Virus record (IMG/VR): IMGVR_UViG_3300020468_000003
Coordinates: 1 to 64,000 of that record
Length of the DNA stretch: 64,000 nucleotides
Origin: a virus
Strand: one strand, 5' to 3'
Numbering within the stretch: the stretch's first letter is position 1; every line of letters starts with the position of its first letter. The position numbers and the translations under genes are program-made. The notes under the pieces are model-generated. The model did not search any database and was not told the origin of the DNA. It saw only the letters and a list, made by a program, of their open reading frames with translations. Below are positions 30,120-43,700 of the stretch, in pieces.

Positions 30120-31700
30120 TTAGAACTCTAGAATAATCTTAATGTCTTCTTTTTGCCTTGCATCTCTAGTAACTATTGGTCTGTTGTCCAAATAGATTAC
30201 ATCACCCGACGTTTTATTTATCTCAGGTTCGGCAAGTCCCTTTGTAAATTGAATCCCAAGGTTGATATTTTTGTTACCAGATGGGTTTGTAGTGATTCCA
30301 GTATATCCATTATCTATTTTTCCAGAAAATCCGTCGCTAGTAAAAACCTTTCCAGATGCATCTGAATCAAAAGAGAATCTCCTACCTTCACTACTTACAC
30401 CAACATAATCTTGTTGATTAAATGTTGATGGATGGTAATTTTGAGATCTGTCTTGGAAAAACTTAATAACTTTAGTAGTTTCATCGTATGATGCAACATA
30501 TCCTTCAGCAGTAACATTGCTGCCATCTACTGTGACACTTTGAGTTATCTTTTTACCCACAGTTAAGAAATTTTCTCCACTAATGGTACCATCGTCTAAT
30601 AATTTAATGGCATTTGTACCAGAAAACTGATTATCATTAAAAACATTAGTAGAACTTCCCCTTAAAGGATTTTTAACTACTGAAATTTGTGCAAATTTAG
30701 TATCTGTTGGGAAATCTTTATCAGAGTCATCAAATCTTGCATATAATAATACTCTGTCAGTACCTAATTCTTTATAAAGATCATGTCCATGTCCCTTAGA
30801 TGGTGGGATAATTGGAATTAATTTAGCAGGGTTAGGTATACTACCAGTTGGTTGTAGTGTTCCTAAATCAACCATCGCATAAGTATAACCTTTTCCTCCA
30901 GAAGAAATAACCACATCTGTTATTCTACCGAGACTATCAACAGTTACAACTGCTTTAGCACCTGAACCATCTCCAACAATAGGAACTTCTCCACCCGCAT
31001 AACCAGCACCAGGATCTTCAATGAAGACATGTTTTATTTGGTTTTCGTTTAAATCGGAATCTCCATTATCCCTAACTGCTTGAATTTGGGAGTCAGTAGA
31101 CGTTGACCAATCATTTGGAACAGAAATATATTCTGTAGAATCAAATTTGATTATATCGCTTGGTGGTACTGTAAATAAGTATTTCCAAGTATACCCATCT
31201 CCACTCTCTCCTGCTTTAGATGGTTCTAAATCAGTGAAAAATGGTTCATCTTCTGAACCTTTACCAGTTGAATTGATACCAGAGGAACCATTGTTAATAC
31301 AAATATAGACTCTGAAATCGCTATTCATCACATAATATTTTGCATCATAAAGTCTTGTTGAGGAAGTTTCTGGAGATTTATTATCAGCACTATAATCGTG
31401 CCTGAATATTTCATACGTGGTTCCACGTTTCCAGTCAACCTTTCTTATTAATCTTCTAATATTAGAAGTACCTAGTTTTTTACCAAAAAGAATAGTATCT
31501 TGTGCGTGATTAACATAATTAAAATTATCTGTAGGATCAGGTGTTGCACTATCCCAGTTTGTTGCTCTACCAAAACCAACTGCATCAGCTGGATTTGCTA
31601 AACCCACGGTAATATAATATGAGTTACTGGTATTACCTACCGACTCAATAAAATTGTTCGCATTTAATATTCTAAATTGGTCAGTAATTATTGCCGACAT
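30120..31700 (-). CDS. g8: Baseplate wedge subunit gp8
   Basis: MSAIITDQFRI.NA, YYVMNSDFRVYIC, DGY.WKYL.T, SG..IYLDNR...R...QKEDIKIILEF. Confidence 0.9.
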   Translation of the reverse strand: MSAIITDQFRILNANNFIESVGNTSNSYYITVGLANPADAVGFGRATNWDSATPDPTDNFNYVNHAQDTILFGKKLGTSNIRRLIRKVDWKRGTTYEIFRHDYSADNKSPETSSTRLYDAKYYVMNSDFRVYICINNGSSGINSTGKGSEDEPFFTDLEPSKAGESGDGYTWKYLFTVPPSDIIKFDSTEYISVPNDWSTSTDSQIQAVRDNGDSDLNENQIKHVFIEDPGAGYAGGEVPIVGDGSGAKAVVTVDSLGRITDVVISSGGKGYTYAMVDLGTLQPTGSIPNPAKLIPIIPPSKGHGHDLYKELGTDRVLLYARFDDSDKDFPTDTKFAQISVVKNPLRGSSTNVFNDNQFSGTNAIKLLDDGTISGENFLTVGKKITQSVTVDGSNVTAEGYVASYDETTKVIKFFQDRSQNYHPSTFNQQDYVGVSSEGRRFSFDSDASGKVFTSDGFSGKIDNGYTGITTNPSGNKNINLGIQFTKGLAEPEINKTSGDVIYLDNRPIVTRDARQKEDIKIILEF

Positions 31701-31730
31701 TGTTTGACAGTTTTCTTTCTATTTATTACT

Positions 31731-34700
31731 TTAATCTGGGAGAGTTTTTCTGATCGCTCCATTATCCCTCAAACCATAACCTCTTCTTTGTATTAGAGGG
31801 TATGTTGAAAGACCTGCAGTAACCGTTCTACCAGAGATTCCTATTGCAATTGGTTCAGAATTTCTTACCAAATTGGTAAGTCTTCCCCAAGAATAGTATC
31901 CGTTAGGATTATATATCGAAGTTCCAAGTGTCTGTATACCAGTTGTTATAGTATCAGACTTAATATTACACACAATTTCATTAGCAACAGGGATTTGATG
32001 AACTCTAAAAATGTTATCAACAAATTCAGTTCCCACTCCGATAATATCATTATCATGAGTGTAAATTGAGGTAACACCACTTCCAACTGTACTATCAGTA
32101 ACAACGATATGATAACCGACTTGTAAATCAGTAGTATTGTTAGTAAAGAACTTGATTGCTAAATCAGTTCCAATACCAGCAACTGTTGAAATACCAGTTA
32201 TGATACCTGTATTACCTTGAACAGATTGAATGTTTGTTACTACCTCATTTATTAATCTTGGTTGAGGTATGATAATTTGTGGGGGTACAGGTGTATTAAG
32301 TGAATTAGTATATCCAAGACCTACATTAGTAACACTTATTGATGCGACTGCTCCATTTGTGATAGTCGCAGTTCCTGTTGCTGTTGTACCAATACCAACT
32401 CCAATGAATTTAGGAGAAGAGAATTTAACATCAACAGTTGCTGTTGTATAACCAAAACCTGTATTGGTTATAGTTGTCGCAGTAACCTTTCCACTTGAAT
32501 CCACTGTTGCGGTTGCAGCAGCAGAAACAGTATTAATCTCATCCAATACAACAGCATCAACATATGCGGTTACTACACTAGACTCATTTTCTTCATAATT
32601 AAAGAATTGTCCATTATCAAGAAGTATATCAGTATCTCCAACATTAACATCTCTGATAATTCTTGAAGTTGGGAATACCATTCCCTCAATAGAATCTCTT
32701 GCTTTAGAAATTTTCTCTCCATTTATAAAGATATCTCTTTTTTGTTTAGTCCAATTAACACTTCTATCATTAAATTCATCAATACCTGCATCAGCATAAG
32801 CATTAGTTTCTATTCTATCTGATGATGCTATATCATAAACTATTCTACCTTCTGATTGATTTACAGAAGTTTGAATACCAGATGCTTTTCTAACTGATAG
32901 AGTATCTCCAACTTTAACACTTTCAGCAATATCTGTTTCTACACTATCAATTGATCTTGTTCCATTATAGAAGAATATAGAAACTTTATCTTCTTTCTTC
33001 GGTGCTTCAAGGAATTGTATTGAAGATCCACCATCAAAGAGATATGCTTTTGTTGGTTCTTGTAGAACCCCATTAATAAACACTACTAATGTAGCATCAA
33101 TATCAATTAATTTTGAATCATTATCATTAGTGTCTATTTGGAAACTAACTAATTCAGCATTGTAGAAGAGTGGGAATACTGTTCTAACATCATCTTGAAG
33201 ATTATCAATAGGATCAATGAAATCTAACTGTCCAAATTGCCAAGAAGCAAATCTATCAGAGAATACCTCTACAACTTCTAATTCAAATGGTTTTAATGGT
33301 TTCTTCAATCCTTTTGCTGTTACCAATCCAACAGGTGCAAACACATCTCCAAGTTGGAATGCATATCCCGCACCTTTGATTGAGAAATCAGAAACTTCAA
33401 AGAACTTAGCAGGAGCAAATGATTTCTTAGATGTTACTGTACCAAAACCAATAGAACTAGTAACAATACCAATGAATGAATTTATAGATGATCTTACATT
33501 TGCACAACCATTAGCATCTGTATTGTATCCAACAGCAGGATCTGCTGTAATTGTTAGATCAAAGACTTGATCTCTTGTTGTATAATCAGACTTAGCAATT
33601 GCTACGTTGTTAATAACTTTATTTGCTAGATCTCTTGCAGCATGGAATACGTAAATTGATTCCTGCTCTTCTCCTGCAACGTGTGCTCCAGTAATATAAA
33701 GATTAGCAGCATCCCATATTTCATCATTACCACCAAATCTTAAGTTAAATGCAACTGCTTCAAGAACATCAACAACATCATCCTTACAATTTTGACTTCC
33801 ACCAGGAACACTAAATGATGGATATACATCTAACATCTCTCCAACAGAAATATCAGCAATAATTAATTTATTCGCTTCTATTAAATCAGCAGCATCTGCA
33901 AATCTATTTGCAAATATTGGACTAGAATTAGCACCTAATTTGAGATTAATTAATTCGTTTATTCCAGTTACAGTTGTTGCTCCAATACCTCTTCTACTTA
34001 CACCTGTAATATCTAAGTCAGTATATGTTGGTTCATCAACTAATACATCTGGGTTTGTGTATCCGCTACCACCATCTACGATAGTAAATTCAACTTGTCC
34101 ACCTGTTCCATTTACTGATGTTCCTGCGTTAACTGTAATTGTTTCAGTTGTTGTTGCACCTATACCCAGAACTGCTCTGTGTATTGGGTCTGTTGCTCTT
34201 GGATATGAATGATCAGTTGCAAAATTGTCTTGAGCACATCTGAATGTCAAACTTCTTGTATGAATTCCAATTGAACCATTCGGACCATCAGTTCTAATAT
34301 TACCAGGTTGTGAACCTACAAATGTATGTGTAGATGTGTCTGATGATGTACCTACAACCACAGTAAATGTATCTGCATCAACTTTAGTGATTGCTAACCA
34401 TCTACCACTAGCAGGATCATCTTCTCTTGGGTAATAATGTTCAGATATATTATTATCTTTTGCACATGTAAATGTAAATGAGTTATCTGCAAGTTGAACT
34501 CTTTCTCCAGTTACCATACCATGAGCAGTGCTTGTATTTACTGTTAATACTCCTGTAGAGGGGTTATAAGACGCACTACTGGTTGTTAATATACCAGCAG
34601 CTGTAAATCCATGTCCTGCACCAAGATTCAATACAAGATCACCTGTAGACGGTTCGTAAGATGCTGTGGATATCGATACACTAGAATTTACACTTGCACC

Positions 34701-37700
34701 AACATTAATAGTAAATGCAGTTGATGAAGTTACAGTAACTGCAGTTGTTACTCCTGCAATTGGGTCATGAGGACGAGGATAAGCATGAACAGTAGCAAAA
34801 TGATCTCTTGCACATTTAAAGTTAATACTTCCTTCATCAAGAGTAATAGTATCGCTAGTGCTCATTCCATGTGCAGAACTAAATGATAATGTTAATACCC
34901 CAGATATTGCATCATAAGACGCACCGTTAGGTGTTTTCTGATTACCTACCTCTGAACCACTTTGAACGTTTACAGCACCTGTGGACGCAGAATCAAACGT
35001 ATGTAAGTAATTTCCACCATAATAAATGTTATTTGCTGTACTATACCAGAACTTATGTTTGTTAGTCTTAACTTCTGCTGTTATGTTTGCAGTATTCCCT
35101 ACATGTCCAGGTTCATATACACTAACACCAATTGCTACTCTTCCATTATAACCAGATCCAAATGCTCTAGCAGTTGAATTATAGTATGGATAGACAGTTC
35201 CAAATCCAACATAAGTTTGATCAAATGTGCTAATTCCAATTTTTACTTTAATATTTGTGGAATCAACAATTTCAGTTATTCGGAATATATTACCTAAAGT
35301 TGAATTACCATATGTTGTAATTCCTAATGCACTAGTAAATCTCGCACCCTCAAGATAAACATCTTGGTTTTGTGCATTTAAATTATGAGCAGTTCCTGTA
35401 GTTAGATCTAATATTCCAGTATTAAAATCATAAGAAGCAGTGCTTATTGATTTGCCAGGTGTAGTAAAGGTTGGAATACCAATTATTCCTGATATTGAAC
35501 CACCTGCACCGATAACAGGTAGAACATCAGCACCTAATAGAGGAGCAAATCCTAAACCAGTTGTAGATCCAAGAGATATTATTAATCCACCTTTAGGGAA
35601 AGCATTTTGATTAGGATCTTGCAGTGAAACTACAGGAGTTCCATCAGTAGATGTTATACCTGTAAATGTAATTTGAGAATCTGAACCAGATTGTTTGTAG
35701 AAGAAATTATTTCCTGCATTATTATCTGTTGTTGGAGTTTGGAATATTCCATTTATTAATACTAACCCACTTCCAGTCTCTATACCAGTTGTACTAACTC
35801 CTGATTGTCTAACTGTAAATGTTTGAGCAATACCTGTAAATTCATTAGAAACATCATCATATATTAAATTATTTGTATAATCCTTTCTCAAGAATACTCT
35901 TCCATTAAATTCAGAGAATCCTTTAGGGAGATTACTTTCATTAATAGTTACTAAACCACTTCCTTTTGGTGGATCAGTAAAGAATATATTTTGTCCAGCA
36001 AAGTTATATGAACCTCTATAAATTCTTGCTGCGGTTCCATCAGTGTGTAGTGTTGCTGCAGTACCAACATAACCTCTTATAACTTCAACTAGTTTTACAT
36101 CGCCATCACTTATTGGTCCTACTGATGTTGTTCCTAGACCAACACCACCAACTTTCATAAATTCGTTATCAATTTTTAATATATCTCCATTACCTATGGA
36201 AGTAATACCAGTCATTGAGAACACTGTTGATGCTGTTCCTATTTGTCCACCATTTGCTTCTAAATCATAAACTATTGGTGTATATGAAAGTGGAGATTGA
36301 ATTACATCATCAATAGAAATTATTGCTTTCTCTAACTTCTTAACCATTTCAAAGGAATGTTTATTACCACTTCCTTCATCTGTAAATGTTACTGCAATTC
36401 CTGCAGCTGCATATTCAGGTCTTGTAGCAATTTTAAACTTTTCGTTATTAGTTCTAATTGCATAAACTTGATATGGAAGTTTGTTAGTTACAATACCAAT
36501 AGAATCAGCAGTTACTCCAATACCAATAGAGGTTGATGTAAGTCCTGCTACTGATGATCCTGCTCTGTAAATTAATTCTTCTCCAGTTTCAAAGAAATGG
36601 TTTGTTATTGAAAATTCACCAGTTACCTTGTTTAAAACTGTAGTCTCTGATGGATTCCAGAATTTTTGGAATATAGGTGTATCCTGATAATCCATTCTGA
36701 AGGATGTTTTATTAATTCTTGAACTATTAGTTGCATCAAATAAACCAATACCAAACTCTTGTGTTTTGATAGAACCATAATTAATATTTTGATATAGATT
36801 TTCTATTTCTACTTCTTGATATAATACTTCATTAAATGATTTAATAGTAACAATTCCAGTTACAGAGGAATCAGGGTAGAATTTAACTGCAACATTTGAA
36901 CCATCAATAGCAGCACCAAATGTTCCTATTCCAGTTGTACTTCCGATTGATAAGAAAGGATATTGAGTAGAATAAGTATCTGTACTATCAGGACTTAATG
37001 TTAATATTTGATGTAATGCATAGGTTGCACCATAACTTACACTAACTAAAGATTTAATAGAGTTAGTTAATGTTGCATCTGCACTAAAGATTGTAGTTTC
37101 TCCAGTACCAACTGTAGAATTACCTGAGAAATATGCACTTCTTTCGTTACCATCTGCTTGAGAAGTTCCTATCTTAAATCTTAGAGCACCATCAGCATTA
37201 GATGTAGAACCAAATCCAACAGCATTCGCTCTAACAGTTACTGGAACAGTAAGTGGGTTTGTATATGATAATGTTAATTTTCCATTTGCTACAGATGCAA
37301 CAAAGTTTGAGAAATCATTCCCATTAAAACCTTGAGCTGAATCTGAATCAACATAGTAATCACTTACATAAGTGTCAGTTCCGTCATGATGAACATATAA
37401 TTCAGTATAGTTCTGAGTATACAAATCATTTGCATTTAAATGTAAATGAACGTGCATAGCATCAAAGTTATCAGAATCATATTCAAGTATAGTATTAGTA
37501 GAACCAACTCCTACAATAGCATTTGTAGACTGGTTCTTTATTAAACCAATAGATGTGGATGCTAGTCCAACTACGTTGCCATTAAATGTATCTTTAATAA
37601 ATTTAACATCATAATCAATATTGAATACATCATTAGGTGTAAATCTTAGAGATAAAGTGTCAAACTCATCAACATTACCTTCTAATGTGGCAAATTCAAG

Positions 37701-40700
37701 TTCTGTCCAATTATATTCGTTTGTTGTTGTATTTGCTATACCTGTAGATGATAGATATCCTTTCCTTAAAGTAAATGCAGATTCAAATTGTGGATCATGA
37801 AGTACAATCATTTCATAAATTGCATTTTGTAAGTTATTGGTACTTCTAATTTGAACCAAATATCTTGCAAAGTCTTTTCCAGATTCATCTAAATCTATAA
37901 ATGTATCATTTACATTTTCTTTGTTTGTAAATTGCTTGCTTACATCATCAATTACAAGAACTCTATTTGTTTTACAAATAATACTATCAACAAAACTCTT
38001 AAATCTAAACTCAAGGAACTTGGAAGTATTTCTACCTTCTATTAGTTGATTATCAGCATCTCTAGCTTGAGCAAACCCATAAATTGTATCAACTCTAGAT
38101 TCATCTATTAGATCTGTGAATATTAAGGATTTTACAGTTGTTACTCCTATACCAACTGAAGTATTGGTTGATAATCCAACATCAACAAAGTTCTTTAAAC
38201 CAGTCGTATGGACTAAACGATTAATTACATCTATTGAATCTTTATACTGAATAGGACTCTTAACTGAGTATGATAAATTTTGATAATAATCATTGTCAGG
38301 AAGGACTTGAATATCATTATTAAGTTCTCCTGTATTTTTCTTCCATCCTCTATTTGCTCTTACAGAGAAATCAATATCAAATTTAGCATCACTCTTGATA
38401 ATTGCTTCTATAGTTCCACTTGAACCAGATTGTACTCCTCTAAGGGAATCTCCAGATTTTACTTCAAATTTTCCAGATGTTTTAATATAATCTGGTAAAA
38501 CTGTAGTTACATTTAAGTCTGTTGATTCTCCGTTAACAAATAATTGCTCACCTGATACAAATTTACTCTTACCTTGAGTAACTTTGAATACAGGATAATT
38601 AGATCTCTTAACTATAGTTGCAAATGATCCCTGAGTCGTATCTGCTAAACCTGGATTAGTAGTTAAACCTGCAACACTAAATTTAAGTTTTGCTGGTATT
38701 AAATTTTCATAAGATATTACATCAAAGAATCTGAATCCATAATCTTCAGAGTTAAATCCACTACCACCTATTCCATTTTTAGTAATTCCTTCTACAAATA
38801 TTTGTTCTCCGACAGTAAAGATAGAAGTACTGAATCCAAGTAGAGGTGTAGTTAAGAAACAAGTAACTATACCACTACTTGAAGTTTGCATAGTGGATAT
38901 TCCAACACCATTACTATTATTAATAGTGAATAAATTCTTACTATTAAAATTAAGTCCAGATGGTTGTTCAAATATATTAATAGAAGAAACTGAACTAGAC
39001 TGAACCTCAGTAGTTAATATACCATCATCAATTTTTTCTCCTGTAATTGAATCTACGATTGCAATATCAGGTGCTGTTGTGTAATTATTTCCACCATCGA
39101 CTATTTGTACATCTGTTATTGTTAAATTAGATTTTAACTCAAGTGTAGATGGTATATTTGCTTCAGGTCTAAGAGATTTATCTGTATTATACTCAAATGC
39201 TTGATCAATAACTCTTATTTCTTTTATCTTACCTACTGTTGGAGATTGAGCAAATAATACAGCATCAGAACCATTTAAAGTTGTAATACTTGAAATACCA
39301 GGCAATTGCTTGTAATCATTACCTTCTGATACCATTTTAAGTTTAGAAATAGGTCCTAAAGCATTCTTAGAATCAGTACTATACTTCATAGTAGTAGTAT
39401 TGTCTGGTGTGTAAAGATTTAATTCAGGATCTTTAAGTAAGGATATCACAAATGAAGTGGAAGCTACACCAACAACAGAGTATGTTCCATCATACTTACT
39501 ATTATCAAATGTAATTTGGTTAAAATTAACAACTGTTGAATCTGCTGTGGATATAAATCCACCTTTTTCTACATTATAGAATAATGGTTGTGTAGGATCT
39601 GGTACAACATCAATTAGAGCATCTGTATATGTTAATGTAAACGAAGCAGTAGATGTTACACCAACAGTTCCAACACCTGAAGTTGAGAAAGTTGTTGTAT
39701 TTGCAACAGATACAAATTGATTTTCAAATGTTTGATCGGTATATAAATTAAACTTAAATCCTTGTAATGTGGAATCTGATAAATCAAATACAACATTATT
39801 ACCTTTAGTTGGGAATAATCTTGGGTTGATTGCTGATAACTCTTGTTCTGCTCCACCTGTAGATCCTATGGATACAATCTTAGGAGGTGATGCAATAGAA
39901 TCTTCATATGTAAGAGCAAGTTTGAATCTATTCTTATCAATCTTGTAAACATAAAATAAACCAGGTTCTAATCCAGTTGCAACTTCATCTTGAGCATTAT
40001 AATATATTTTTTCCCCTGTTACAAATGGATGATTATTAAGTGTTACTATATTATCTAAAGTATCAATGGCAGTTGAAGTAAATCCAATAGGATCAATAAC
40101 TAATTTCTCTATATCAAAGTTATACTTAACTCTTACTTTTGTTGATGTTCCAATTCCAACAGATCTATTTGGTACAACACTTAATGAAATTTGATCATCT
40201 GGTTGTAAGTTATGTGCAGTTGATACAGAAATTACCGCATCATTTTTTTGAACTACGCATATAATTTTATTCTTAGTGGGTTCTAAAGAATATTCATAAT
40301 TATCTGAACCATTACTAAAGAAGAATAAACCATTTGTAGATGTTGTTAAACCAGATTGAGTTACAATACCAATAAAGTCTGATGATTTATTAATAACAAA
40401 AAGATTCTGATCAGTATCCCCAATATCAAATGTTGCAGAAGATTCAGTATTTGCTACAGAAATAGAACTACCACCAGCATTTTTTCTTAAAATTACTCTT
40501 TCTCCACTACGGAAAGGATGGTTAGGTAAGTAGATACTTTGATTAGCAATTGATATATCATAGTTTCTATCTCCTAAAGGATATTCTATTGTACTTTCAA
40601 TACCTGCAGTAGATCCAACACCAACAGATTCAGTAGGATTAAAGAATACTTTTTCATTTAATGATGAATCAAAGAAAGAAGATTCTATTGGAATTTCAAA

Positions 40701-43700
40701 TGTATTAGGATAAACAAATCCTCTAGTAGTAGTTGTATGTGCTGTGCCTGTAACACCTCTCTTTGCTCTAATTATTCCTCTTTCATTGAATATATTCAAT
40801 ACTGATAATACTTCAGTTCCAATACCGATTGTAGATCCAATTGATAATGAATTAGGTATACTAGAAACATAAATGTCTGTCATAATACCAGAAGAACCAT
40901 TAGCAGGTATATCCTGATATATGTTAAAGTTTTCTGTAGATATTGCAACTCTTCTCAATCCTGCAATCTGATCTACAAATGTTGATAAACCACTTATAGA
41001 AATTACATCATTAGTATTGAAAGTGTGGAAAGGATCAACTTTAACGGTTATCTTATTGTTGCTCCATTGTAAAGTACAATTTGTAAATTCTGAAACAGAA
41101 GATGCTATAGAAGTTACTGTTGCACCTTCTACTTTAGAAATGATTGCACTTGCACCACCACCATTAGTCCCTTCATTATCAAAATTAATTACATCGTCTA
41201 CTTTATAGTTAATTCCAGCATTTCTAATATCCACACCTGTAATAGATCCTTTAGTAGTAGATTCGATTTCTGATTCTTGACTAAAGAAACTTTGAGATTC
41301 AATAATAAAATCATTTCTAGATCCAGTTATACCTAACTGATGTGGGAAAGTATTTCTAACTAACTCTGATGAATTTAAATCAAAACTTTGATCTTTATCA
41401 TCTAATTGATTTAATGATCTAAATCTCTTACCTACAAAGTAAGGGAATTTTGGAGTAAATAAACCATCAGTTGATATACCTGCAAAATATGCATAAGTTC
41501 CATTTGGATATTCTGGAGTTTTACAGAATCTTGTATTATGAATATCTAAATCTCCAGTAGCATCATATCTGTAATCTTCAATGAAGAATCCATTTGCAAA
41601 TCCGCTTGGACGATCTACAATAATAGATGGATCTAATTTATAACCTACTTGTAATGGTCTTACACCCGATGTAGGATCAAGAGGATCGCTATAACCAAAA
41701 GGGCCGTAGATTGGATGTCCATCATAAGCATATCCAATGATTGGAGAGTGTGTTGTTCCTGTATCATTAAATTCTCCAGATGCTATTTCATTTGAATAAG
41801 ATAGATTAACATATTCCAATCCTTTCTTAAGAGTAGGATACAAATATTCAGATCCATGTCTTTGAGCATCATTTATAATTAGAGATCTAACACTACTGGA
41901 TAATATTGCATTTTTACCTGCTGATGTAACACTAATACTAGTTTTTGCTTGTGTATAATTTGTTCCTTCAGATATAACAACTACTTCTATAAGTTGACCA
42001 TCTCTTATAATAGGACGAACTACTGCACCACTACCATCTCCAACTACTATTGCTTCAGGAACAGAGAAATATTCAGATCCTCTAGATCTAACATCAACTC
42101 TAATAAGTTTACCACCAACTACAACAGGATATAATGATGCACCTTTACCATTTTTAATACTAACACTAGGAGATCTCTCAAAGTTTAATGTTGTGCTTCC
42201 ATATCCAGTTCCAGTTTCATAAAGATAAGCATCTATAATATTACCTCTAACATAAGGTGTTGCTGTGATAACCCCTGTACCTGCTGCACCGAACGAAACG
42301 TTAATGTTTAACTTTATGTCTGGATACTTGAATTGGTGGAACCCAGACCCAACAGAGTCTAATTTAATGTATAACTTACTATCATAATTATCTCTAATAG
42401 TTCCAGCAACACCTGCATCAGCAACTCTAAACTGATCTTTACTTTTCTCAAAGATATAATATTGATTAGTAGTAACTAATCCAGATATAACAGTTCCTGA
42501 ATTTTGATATTCTACTAAATCACCTTCTTGGAATCCATGATTTTTAAAATTAACAAGATGATCTATAGTAGATATGCCAACTGGTTTAACACTTAGCTCT
42601 CTATTTTGATAATTAGAACCTCCTTCTATAACTCTAATTGATTTTAAAGTCTTCTTACCATTAAAAGTCCTAAATCTATGAATACCAGAATTAGAAGTAG
42701 TAGTAAACCCAACAGTATTAATACCAGTTTTGAAATCAGTTTCGGAGAAATATAATCTAATTGTTTTTGAGTTTACAAATTCTGCGATATATTTTGTATT
42801 CTCTATTAAAAATCTATTCTGATCTGCATTAGAAGCAGCAAATGTTCCTATCCCTAATGCAGGATTACCATTTGTTCGGTATACAACTTCTTCTCCATCT
42901 GCAAAATTATGTTCTCCTAAAAATGTAATAGTTTCTGCAGTCTCTCCTATACCACCACCAAATGTTAATAATCTAGCATCAAAACTAGCACTTAAGAATG
43001 ATTGCTCAACAACTGGTTCTAAAGCAACACCATTACCAGGACCTCCACCAGTTATACTAACAGAAATAACTTTATCTAATTCTTTTGTTTGAGGATCTAC
43101 TAAAATTTTATCAACAGATCCACTAAGAACTGGTCTTACAAGTGCTGTTGTTCCTGATCCAGTATTTGCAACCTCCATAGTTGGTGGATTTATAACATCA
43201 TAACCAGTTCCTGAGTTTACTACGTTTACAGATGTTAAAGGACCTGAATATATTTTATCTTGAGATTTGTAATTCTTAATCTCAACACCATTTATCATCA
43301 TACCCACAGTTTCTGTGGTAGTATCTAATCCATCATTCTCTCTAGGTATTAACGGAAACTTTCTAAGAAGTTTTTGTGGTTCAATTTGTTTTTGATGAAC
43401 AGATCTTAAAGTAAAAGTATGTTTTCCTCCAACTCCTACAATTAAAGGATCAAATTCAAGATTTAAATCTCCTTGGATAAAAGAGTTTGATGAATAAAGT
43501 TTAATTTTATTTTTATCGTTTAATACTCTAACGTAATATGATTTACCTGTATCTAATCCTGTGATTGCTACATTTTCTGGTTCATAAACAACTTCATCGC
43601 CAGTTAAAAATGGAACGTCAGTAGGGAAATTGATAATAGAATATGCCAATTCTCCTGTATCTGCTTGTAGAGCATTAGTTTCCGTGTTTCCTGCACCAAT

